Made by a program: the position numbers and the translations under genes. From the IMG/VR virus record IMGVR_UViG_3300049917_000036, positions 1-24,735 of that record: 24,735 bases of DNA; one strand, given 5' to 3'. The notes under the pieces were generated by a model. It was not told where the DNA came from and ran no database searches. It saw only the letters and a list, made by a program, of their open reading frames with translations. Shown here piece by piece: positions 1-7,302 of this stretch; the first letter of the stretch is position 1; the number at the start of each line of letters is the position of its first letter. Origin of the DNA: a virus. Lineage: Duplodnaviria > Caudoviricetes.

Positions 1-142
1 TTCCCAAATACAACTGTGCGTACTTGTCCTGCGCCAAATAGATAGCAGGATAAAGAAGCAACGGATCAACCGAGCCGTTAATCCAACTGTACTTTTTTAT
101 GTAATTTTCGTCTATTAAAAGAACTTCGGGTTGTAGTGCCAT
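1..142 (-). CDS. Putative head-tail adaptor protein, 5' part only (runs off the window)
   Basis: Translated by hand: MALQPEVLLIDENYIKKYSWINGSVDPLLLYPAIYLAQDKYAQLYLG. ATG lies 3 nt after the portal stop. The IK..S.I.G.VD..L.P.I..AQD...LG pattern resembles adaptors that follow the portal in Bacteroidota phages. Confidence 0.6.
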   Translation of the reverse strand, partial: MALQPEVLLIDENYIKKYSWINGSVDPLLLYPAIYLAQDKYAQLYLG

Positions 143-145
143 TTT

Positions 146-1828
146 TTATGAGTATTTAAGTGAACCTCGTGAGGGTGTGTTAATTGGCGCAACACCTTCT
201 GCGCCTTTTTGTGGTACGAAAGGGTTGTTACCTACGCGCTTATCATTATTTAATCCGTCGTTAGGCAAAATACGTCCTTTTGAATCTCTCTTTCTAATGT
301 AGATTTGACGCTTCCAGAAGTGATGACAAAACGCGCCACCTTTCCAAATAAATATGTTGTAAGTTGAACTTCCTTGTGGAGCAAATTCTCCGTTTATTCC
401 AGCGTCACTCATATCTTGAATATCTTCAAAACGGAATGATAATCCTGATTGTGATAAGCCTACCATTTCTTGACAAAACTCACGACTGTCTTCGCTTAAA
501 TTTTGTGAATAAGCGTAACGTAATTTGTAAAGTCCTGTATCACCAAATGGAGACCTCTCGTCAGCGTTTGCGTAATCGCGAACACTCATGTATTCCTGTC
601 TGAAATTAGCTTCGTTGTGTGGATCTGTAACGTTTTCTTCGCTTAACAATTCCCATTCCTCTAAGTCAACAACTTCACCTTTTTCTTTTAGCGCGTTAAT
701 CCAAACACGACCTTGTTCGTCTGAAAAGTCATTCTCAGCAGCAACTACTTTTTTTTTTAATTCAGCAGTTTGCACCGTTGGTTCAACAACTAAAACTTCG
801 TCGTTGAATGGCGAATTCATTTCGATATTTATCTCTCCTAAAATCGGAGTGAAAACACGCTCAATGATTCTTTGATATGGCTTGATAACTTGATTGTTGA
901 ATATCTCCAAACCAACAACCATTTCATCTTTGTTCGAACCAAATCCTGTTGTATCTCTAATTCCGTGAATCAATGGCGACACAACGCGGTGTCCTACCAT
1001 GATTTGCTTCGCTGTTTCTTCGGATAAAAATTGATATTGCTTATCTGCGTCCGACAAAGGAAACGATTCGATTTGTGGAGCGCGTGAAGGATCTTCGTTG
1101 AAAGTCATTAAGAACTTACCAGCGTTACTTGCTCCACTCAAACGTGTTTCCCATTCGCGACGAATAGCTTCACGTTCTTCTTTCTGCGGTATGCCGTTTA
1201 AGAAGTTAATGATGAACGAAGGAAACAAACCGTTTAAGATATTGTTGACGTGGTACATTCCCATTTGATAAGACAACTCAACGTAATTCAACGCACCGAA
1301 GTAGTCAGGCTTCGCGTAATACGAAGAACCTGCCATCATGCCGTGTGCGTAAATAACTTGACGCGGTTGTTCTTGCGCGATTGAAGGATTGAACGCGGGA
1401 ATAAATTCGGGTTTACCTTTTTTACTTCTTGTATTTGCCCAATCTTTTGAATAGAAAATTCCTGTAATATCGTCTTCGTCTTTGTCGTATGCAAGTCTGC
1501 AATTTTCGAAAGGCAAGTGGTTGATTTGTACAATGCGAGTGAAGTCCAACGACCAAATAACCTCTGCACAAAATGAACCTTGCAACTTTAAGTCGAACGC
1601 GATACCTTGTAAAGCGTTGTCAAGAATCGTTCCTGTTCCTTGTCCCTCAATCATGTAAGCAATTGAGTTCGTCAATGCGTTATGAATAGGGCTGTTGTAA
1701 TAAAGCGTGATTAGGTGCTGCGGAAATAAATTGTTTTGTCCGTAGTTAATCCAACCTGCACGATTCTCCGTTTCAATTGCTTCAACTGGTTGGTATGCTG
1801 ATAAATTTATTGCTTGAATGTTGCTCAT
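146..1828 (-). CDS. Portal protein with a C-terminal MuF/minor-capsid-like extension
   Basis: Portal-like motifs WINYGQNNLFPQHL, SPIHNA, YYAKPDY, LSGASNAGKF, IMVGHRVVSP. The last about 200 aa carry SREFC and KGGAFCHHFW. Start moved to ATG 1828, since the track's GTG at 1837 overlaps the upstream stop. Confidence 0.8.
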   Translation of the reverse strand: MSNIQAINLSAYQPVEAIETENRAGWINYGQNNLFPQHLITLYYNSPIHNALTNSIAYMIEGQGTGTILDNALQGIAFDLKLQGSFCAEVIWSLDFTRIVQINHLPFENCRLAYDKDEDDITGIFYSKDWANTRSKKGKPEFIPAFNPSIAQEQPRQVIYAHGMMAGSSYYAKPDYFGALNYVELSYQMGMYHVNNILNGLFPSFIINFLNGIPQKEEREAIRREWETRLSGASNAGKFLMTFNEDPSRAPQIESFPLSDADKQYQFLSEETAKQIMVGHRVVSPLIHGIRDTTGFGSNKDEMVVGLEIFNNQVIKPYQRIIERVFTPILGEINIEMNSPFNDEVLVVEPTVQTAELKKKVVAAENDFSDEQGRVWINALKEKGEVVDLEEWELLSEENVTDPHNEANFRQEYMSVRDYANADERSPFGDTGLYKLRYAYSQNLSEDSREFCQEMVGLSQSGLSFRFEDIQDMSDAGINGEFAPQGSSTYNIFIWKGGAFCHHFWKRQIYIRKRDSKGRILPNDGLNNDKRVGNNPFVPQKGAEGVAPINTPSRGSLKYS

Positions 1829-1829
1829 A

Positions 1830-2213
1830 TTATGCACCTGTATAAATTACATCGACAGGAATTGTCGGTGAAGAAACGTCAAAGAAAATAGTTCCGTCTT
1901 GAAGTATCATTAAACTCTTTTCAATCAATCCCAAAACGGAAGCATTGGTTGGATCTATATTGCTGCTGCTGTTTTGTCCGTACACTTCGTAATGATAACG
2001 TCCTGCATCGACCAAACCAACAGTTGTTAGTCTTATTTTAGTTACGCGTTCGTTCTCGTTTATTACTTCTACCACTTGCGCTAATTGTTCACCTGTCATT
2101 TCGTAAGTCATGACAAGAAGGTAATGAGTAAAGGCTACATTGAAATAAGCACGTCCTTCGTCTAACGAAAGCCACGCGTATTGATTCGCTGTATTTGTGT
2201 TGAGATAAACCAT
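1830..2213 (-). CDS. Hypothetical virion protein (beta-rich, possibly head completion)
   Basis: 127-aa ORF between tail tube and portal, 1 nt from the portal start. Function inferred from position only. Confidence 0.55.
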   Translation of the reverse strand: MVYLNTNTANQYAWLSLDEGRAYFNVAFTHYLLVMTYEMTGEQLAQVVEVINENERVTKIRLTTVGLVDAGRYHYEVYGQNSSSNIDPTNASVLGLIEKSLMILQDGTIFFDVSSPTIPVDVIYTGA

Positions 2214-2245
2214 TCTATCTTTCCTTTACGTTAAAATTACATCAC

Positions 2246-2266
2246 AGAGGGACGCTTTGCCCCTCT
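2246..2266. terminator. Intergenic hairpin after the tail tube gene
   Basis: AGAGGG-acgctttgc-CCCTCT with no clear adjacent U-tract. Confidence 0.3.
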
Positions 2267-2285
2267 ATGTGTAAAAGTTTTTTGA

Positions 2286-2798
2286 TTAGTCAAGAATTGT
2301 CGAAGGGGCACCGCTCAATTTGTAAGCGCGCTTTGCAGCTTCGTGTGTGAACGCTAATGTGTAGCCGTTCATGTCACCCAAAACTGTTCCTGTTGCAGCC
2401 GTTCCCGTTGAAAGGTCTGCTCCGTATTCGTAACCTACAGCCCACCAATTGCCGTTCGTGTCTTCAACGAAAACAATAACGCGAGCTTGTGCAACGCTTT
2501 GCAATTCAAGACGCTTTGCCGCGCTTAATTTGTTTAACATTACGTTTACCGTCTGCGTGTAAAAAATAGTTCCTGCATCACGGTTGAAGTTGATTGTTTC
2601 TTCGAAAGAACCTGTTTGCGTTGGTAATTCGTATGTGTACAAATCACCACCTGCAGGACCGTTTATTGCAGTTACAATTTCGCTTCCGTCTAAAGTGAAA
2701 GACGTCACCTCTGTTTTGTCAACCAAAACGATTTGCTTAATTCCACCGATGCCGTCTTTGCAATCGAGTGTAAAACCTGCGCTTAATTCACATGCCAT
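2286..2798 (-). CDS. Major tail (tube) protein
   Basis: 170 aa directly after the capsid gene. MAC.L..G..LDCKD.IGGIK start, GTIFYTQTV, VEDTNGNWW.VG, TGT.LGDMNGYTL.F are typical of Bacteroidota siphovirus tube proteins. Confidence 0.7.
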   Translation of the reverse strand: MACELSAGFTLDCKDGIGGIKQIVLVDKTEVTSFTLDGSEIVTAINGPAGGDLYTYELPTQTGSFEETINFNRDAGTIFYTQTVNVMLNKLSAAKRLELQSVAQARVIVFVEDTNGNWWAVGYEYGADLSTGTAATGTVLGDMNGYTLAFTHEAAKRAYKLSGAPSTILD

Positions 2799-2820
2799 AT
2801 TTGTATGTTTTTATTAGCAC

Positions 2821-2852
2821 AAAAGAGGAGCGGTGTTTAGCCGCTACCTCTC
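2821..2852 (-). terminator. Intrinsic terminator after the major capsid gene
   Basis: Minus strand reads AGAGG-T-AGCGG-ctaaaca-CCGCT-CCTCT followed by TTTGTG. Confidence 0.55.
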
Positions 2853-2878
2853 TATATGCAAGGGTTAGAATGGTTGAA

Positions 2879-3781
2879 TTATGCAGTATATTGGTAGAAC
2901 GCGATCTCGTTACCGAAACCGTATTGTACACCTGCGAAGAAAGAAGCTGCAAAACGAACGTTGTCAGAAAGGTCATGTGCATACATATCCAAAACTGCCA
3001 CCGTGTTCCATTGGTCAAGTAAGTTAGTACCGAACCATAGGTTAGACTTCTGATAGAAAGCCATTGTGTCGTCAGACATACCAGGACATTCGATAACGTC
3101 ATACTGTCCCTGCCAGTTCATAACAACTGATTCTCCTTGATAAAGGTAGTAACCACCGCCAAGTCCAAGAATTGCGCTTCTGTATGCTTCAGCAACATTT
3201 GAAGAAACTGCGATTACAGGCTTCTCAGTTGCACGACGAACGCGCGTTGGAAGGGTAAGAACTAAACGTCCCATTTCCTCGATAACGTTTGCAGAAGTGA
3301 TAGCTTCAGGAGAAGATACGTCAAGAACAGTACCGTCAGCTAAGAACAAAGTTTCGAAACCGTCGTACTGACCTGCTGTTGCGTTAACACCCTGCCATAT
3401 CAATACTTCGTTGTTTGCTGCAACACCTGCTAAAACGTTAGCAATAATAGCGTCAGTCAATGAAGCGTGAAGATTTCCGTTTTGCTCAGACTTAGCTTCC
3501 CAATCAATCAAAAAGTCTTTCTTACACATTTGTCTGTGAACTTGGAATTTCTCCAAAGTCAAAATACGCTCAGTAAGTGTTACTGTTCCTGTTGGAGTGA
3601 AGTCACAAGTCGCGTTAGCGAAAGTGATAGAATCAACTAATTTACGAACAACTTGTTTGTACTCGATGTTCTCTTTGAAAGTAACAGCAGCAAGCGATTC
3701 GTTGCTTAAAAATGCAGCGCGGATATATCCTGCTGCTTCTCTACCTGCGTAGGTAGTTGTTAATGATGTTGTAGTAGCCAT
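2879..3781 (-). CDS. Major capsid protein
   Basis: 300 aa after protease and scaffold. TTYAGREA..YI.AA, ATCDFTPTGTVTLTERIL, IWQG....GQYDGF, NLWFGTNLL. Confidence 0.8.
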   Translation of the reverse strand: MATTTSLTTTYAGREAAGYIRAAFLSNESLAAVTFKENIEYKQVVRKLVDSITFANATCDFTPTGTVTLTERILTLEKFQVHRQMCKKDFLIDWEAKSEQNGNLHASLTDAIIANVLAGVAANNEVLIWQGVNATAGQYDGFETLFLADGTVLDVSSPEAITSANVIEEMGRLVLTLPTRVRRATEKPVIAVSSNVAEAYRSAILGLGGGYYLYQGESVVMNWQGQYDVIECPGMSDDTMAFYQKSNLWFGTNLLDQWNTVAVLDMYAHDLSDNVRFAASFFAGVQYGFGNEIAFYQYTA

Positions 3782-3797
3782 TTTTTATTTTATTTTT

Positions 3798-4358
3798 TTA
3801 TTTGTTTAAGTGAAATAAGAAACGTTCCTCAGCTGACATTTTGTTGTAGCTTTTAGAAGGTGTGTTTACTTTTGCTTGCTTTACTTCTTTAATTGAAGTA
3901 GCGGCAGGCTGTGCGCTTAATTTTGTTACTTCGCTTGAAAGATTCTCATTAGCTTTTTTAGCTTCTGAAAGTTCGCTTTCTAGTTTTGCAACCAACGAAA
4001 GAAGTCCTTCAACCTCTGCGTTTAATGATTCGTCAGTAGATTGCTTTTCAGCTTCTACTTCAACTTCCACTTCTGGTTCTTCAACCATTGGCTTCAATTC
4101 AACAAGTAGACCGTCAGCAACGACTACAATAACCCCTTCGGCTGTTGTGTACTCTCCGTCAGCTACAACAACCTCGTTGCCGTCTGCGTCCTTCGATAAT
4201 ACACGAACACCAGGCGCCCATGTGTCGCTGTCCGAGTAGATACTCGTTCCGTCTGCAAGAATCGCCTCAACCATTTGTTTAACCTCAACTACTTCTTCAG
4301 CAGATAGGCTAACATTGTGTTTTGCGAATAGTGCATTTACTTTTTCTCGTAAATTCAT
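3798..4358 (-). CDS. Capsid scaffolding protein
   Basis: Acidic, with an ADGEY motif and a C-terminal coiled coil, just upstream of the capsid gene. Probable start is ATG 4358 (MNLREKV); an in-frame ATG also exists at 4430. Confidence 0.7.
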   Translation of the reverse strand: MNLREKVNALFAKHNVSLSAEEVVEVKQMVEAILADGTSIYSDSDTWAPGVRVLSKDADGNEVVVADGEYTTAEGVIVVVADGLLVELKPMVEEPEVEVEVEAEKQSTDESLNAEVEGLLSLVAKLESELSEAKKANENLSSEVTKLSAQPAATSIKEVKQAKVNTPSKSYNKMSAEERFLFHLNK

Positions 4359-4401
4359 ATAAGTGTTTATTAAATGTTTAGTAGCTAAATAGAAAAACTC
4401 G

Positions 4402-4409
4402 TATATTTG
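4402..4409 (+). promoter_or_regulatory. Bacteroidota -7 promoter element, antisense to the structural operon
   Basis: TATATTTG matches TAnnTTTG. It is intergenic and followed about 50 nt later by a plus-strand terminator. No clear -33 element. Confidence 0.5.
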
Positions 4410-4413
4410 TTTC

Positions 4414-4485
4414 ACAATTCGGCTTTTCATAGGTTGATTTTGATTTTTAGGTTTGACGGAGGGAGTAGTTACCCTCCGTTTTTTT
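4414..4485 (+). ncRNA. Candidate antisense small RNA, about 70 nt
   Basis: Bounded by TATATTTG (4402-4409) and a perfect 8-bp terminator with T7; contains no ORF. Confidence 0.4.
4456..4485 (+). terminator. Intrinsic terminator, plus-strand orientation
   Basis: ACGGAGGG-agtagtta-CCCTCCGT followed by TTTTTT on the plus strand only. Confidence 0.65.
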
Positions 4486-4660
4486 ATCCTAATGAATCAA
4501 GTATAGCGTTTAGCGTCTTCATTTCGTCCTCTGTCAATCCATAAGACTTGAACCCCATTTTACCGCTCTCGTCCGTTATCTTGGTGAGTGCGTTAAGAAA
4601 CAGGTTAGCGTCGTCGTTGAATAGTTCAACCTTCAGGAAACCACCTGCTTCGATATTCAT
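4484..4660 (-). CDS. Small hypothetical protein, 58 aa (not in ORF track)
   Basis: MNIEAGGFLKVELFNDDANLFLNALTKITDESGKMGFKSYGLTEDEMKTLNAILDSLG. TAATG overlap with the protease stop. Confidence 0.65.
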   Translation of the reverse strand: MNIEAGGFLKVELFNDDANLFLNALTKITDESGKMGFKSYGLTEDEMKTLNAILDSLG

Positions 4661-5247
4661 TACTCGCCTTTGAGAAGTTCGTTTATTTCGTCAAGAATGA
4701 CAGTAAATTCTTCGTGCTTACTCATGTACATTTCTTTCTCAACGGCAAAGTTTCCTTCGATTGAGAAACCTAACACTTCTTTGTTTTGAATCTGTTGTTT
4801 CACTTCGTCGTTCTCGACTTTCATGCAACCGAACCACGTTCCTTCTGGAAGGTCGAAGCCGAAGTTCTTAGACTTGTCGTTTTCGCCTTCAATGATCCAC
4901 GTTTCAACCAACGACACACCTTCAACAGTTTTCGCGTGTTCAACGGTTGCGTTGTTGGTCATGTTTTGCTTTAAGTAATTGTAAGCAATGGCGCGAATTG
5001 TGTCCTTTGAATACTTTACGTAGTATTCTTCTTCCGTCTTGTCGTCGCGTCGGTAAATGAGTTGGTCGGGAATAAGTAACGCACCGTAAAGAAGACCTCT
5101 AAAATCTTCTTTGAATTTTACAGAGTGTTGTTCTGAAAGCGCAACGAAGTCAACACCGATTGCAGGTTGTTCAACAACTGAGATTGCGAACACTCCGAGC
5201 AATCCTGCGTCGTCAATTCCGTATTCAATAACTTTAATTTTTTTCAT
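4660..5247 (-). CDS. Prohead protease, XkdF-like
   Basis: AISVVEQPAI, GALLIPDQLIYR, TVEH, VETWI, LPEGTWF, GFSIEG motifs; upstream of scaffold and capsid. Confidence 0.8.
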   Translation of the reverse strand: MKKIKVIEYGIDDAGLLGVFAISVVEQPAIGVDFVALSEQHSVKFKEDFRGLLYGALLIPDQLIYRRDDKTEEEYYVKYSKDTIRAIAYNYLKQNMTNNATVEHAKTVEGVSLVETWIIEGENDKSKNFGFDLPEGTWFGCMKVENDEVKQQIQNKEVLGFSIEGNFAVEKEMYMSKHEEFTVILDEINELLKGE

Positions 5248-5251
5248 GTTT

Positions 5252-7084
5252 TTATCCTCCTAATCGTGATTGGTTTTGAATTAATTGTTGTGCTTCTAAG
5301 TTGCTTGACATTTGCGCTCCAACGACGTATGCCTGAAGCGGTGGTTGTTGTTGGTTTGGTTGCATACCTAAGAAGGCAAAGTTCGCAGGTGAAGGTGCTG
5401 TTGTTCCACCACCGCCTCCACTTGTTGGAATACTTGAACCACCTCCGACACCTGCACCGCCAAATTTAGTTTGTTGAATTTTTACAACACTTGCAAGACC
5501 TGCCGTTAAGGCAATACCAGCTTCAACAAATTGCGCTCCTGTTGCAAGTTTAGCAGGGTTACCACCTGCCGTTAATGCAGCGTTAACAGCTTGATAAGTG
5601 TTAATAATTGCTTGCGATAAAGAGAACGCTTTGTTTATCTTAAATTGATTTTTTGCTGCCGTTTCACTCTTTGCATCAAAAGCCATTGTTAACGCACCTA
5701 ACGCACCAAACGCATCGGAAGCCATTTGCAAACGTTTCGCTGTTATCTCGCGTTGGTGTTGTTCAACTTTCTTTTGCGATTCAATTATTGCCTTTGAAAG
5801 TTTTTCTTCTTGCGAAATAATGTTATTTACTACAACTTCATTAACTTCAATTCTTTGAAGACCTAAAGATTTAATTTCTTGAAATTGTGTTTTTTCTCTT
5901 TCTGTTGCTTCTTTTTGTTTGTCTTTTGCCTTTAAGTCTTCAACAGTTGTTTCAGTAGCAATAGCAAGTTTAGCATTACGAATAATTTTTTCTTCTTCTA
6001 AAAGTTTGTTTAACTCAATTTGAAGTTGTTTTTGTTTATCACTTTGAACTAAAGTCTGTTTTGTTTCAATATCCTTTTGAACAAAGTTTGCTCTCTCTGT
6101 TTCGTATTGCTGCTGACCAAATAACGCTTCTGTTTGTAAAGATGCTTTTATTTGTATTTGTTTTTGTGCAATTACTCCAAGTTGTTGCGCTCTTAAATCT
6201 TCAAATTCAGCTATTGCTTTGATTCTTTCTTGTTCTTCTTTATATCCTGCAATAGTTAATTCTCTCGCCTTTTCAATTCCCTTTAATCTGTCCGCTTCAC
6301 CTTTGTTAGTTATTCCGCTTAACAAGTTTCGCAACTCAATTAACTTATTTTCTTTCTCACGAATTACATTGATGTCGCCAGTTGTTCTTGCAATAGCAAG
6401 TTCATTCTCAGCAACACTTATATTATTTCGTGCTTTCTCCTTTTCAAGTTCAAGCGTCTTTGAACTTTCTCCGTATAACGTTTTTTCTTTGTTAATGCGA
6501 GCGTCTAAAATTTGGTTTTGCTTGTCTAAGACAACATTTGATTCTTCAAGTTTCTTAACTTTCTCAGCCGTTCCGTTTATTAAATCCCCAATTTCTTTGT
6601 AGTAAACAATCATTGCCGCTAATGCGCCTGCTGCCAAAAAGAACGGATTAGCAAGAACTGCCTTCCCAAGATTTGCAAGTCCTTTTGTAAGACCACCAAC
6701 TTCTTCTTTTAATGTCTTAAAATCAATGCGACCAACTGCCGCGCCCATTCCACTCAACGCTTGTCCTGCTCCTTTTAAGTCGAGCGACATAAGACGTGAA
6801 CCGAACAAACCAACGTTGTTCGAAAGACCTTCAAACGCGTTACCTGCATTAGCGTTAATCTCAGCACCTAAATCGGAAATGTTGTCCTTTAATTCCGCTG
6901 CTCTTTTAGACGCTACTTTGAACGCTTCGCTCGTCTGGTCCATCGTGAGCAACTGATTGTTCAGCGCACGAAGTTCTGCCTTTGCACTTGTAAATCCCTT
7001 CGCTGTATTTTCTGCCGCTTCACTCGTCTTATTAAGGACGGTGACGGCATTGGTGGTTACAACTAAATCTATTGTGTTTGCCAT
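5252..7084 (-). CDS. Tape measure protein
   Basis: 610 aa, Ala-rich and helical/coiled-coil, with a hydrophobic LANPFFLAAGALAAMIVYY segment, AIINTYQAV..AL and a Gly-rich C-terminus with QAYVV. Confidence 0.7.
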   Translation of the reverse strand: MANTIDLVVTTNAVTVLNKTSEAAENTAKGFTSAKAELRALNNQLLTMDQTSEAFKVASKRAAELKDNISDLGAEINANAGNAFEGLSNNVGLFGSRLMSLDLKGAGQALSGMGAAVGRIDFKTLKEEVGGLTKGLANLGKAVLANPFFLAAGALAAMIVYYKEIGDLINGTAEKVKKLEESNVVLDKQNQILDARINKEKTLYGESSKTLELEKEKARNNISVAENELAIARTTGDINVIREKENKLIELRNLLSGITNKGEADRLKGIEKARELTIAGYKEEQERIKAIAEFEDLRAQQLGVIAQKQIQIKASLQTEALFGQQQYETERANFVQKDIETKQTLVQSDKQKQLQIELNKLLEEEKIIRNAKLAIATETTVEDLKAKDKQKEATEREKTQFQEIKSLGLQRIEVNEVVVNNIISQEEKLSKAIIESQKKVEQHQREITAKRLQMASDAFGALGALTMAFDAKSETAAKNQFKINKAFSLSQAIINTYQAVNAALTAGGNPAKLATGAQFVEAGIALTAGLASVVKIQQTKFGGAGVGGGSSIPTSGGGGGTTAPSPANFAFLGMQPNQQQPPLQAYVVGAQMSSNLEAQQLIQNQSRLGG

Positions 7085-7302
7085 TATGAGAGTAGTTTAT
7101 ATAAAATAAATATCCAAATGGCTACGTTTACGGAAATGCGTGTAACTTTCCAAGCGTAGCGCTTCCACATTTGCAACTTACGTTTGCCGTTAGCAATCCT
7201 TCCGAACTCGCTTTCACTTTTTACGTTCAACTTAATGAACTCTAAACAGGCAACCATCGCGCCTGCTTTATTTTGTACTTGTTCCTTTGAAGTTGCTTCC
7301 AT
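7084..7302 (-). CDS. Small protein with a C-terminal transmembrane segment
   Basis: 72 aa; a basic patch precedes ISVNVAIWIFILYKLLS. TAATG overlap with the tape measure start. Confidence 0.55.
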   Translation of the reverse strand: MEATSKEQVQNKAGAMVACLEFIKLNVKSESEFGRIANGKRKLQMWKRYAWKVTRISVNVAIWIFILYKLLS

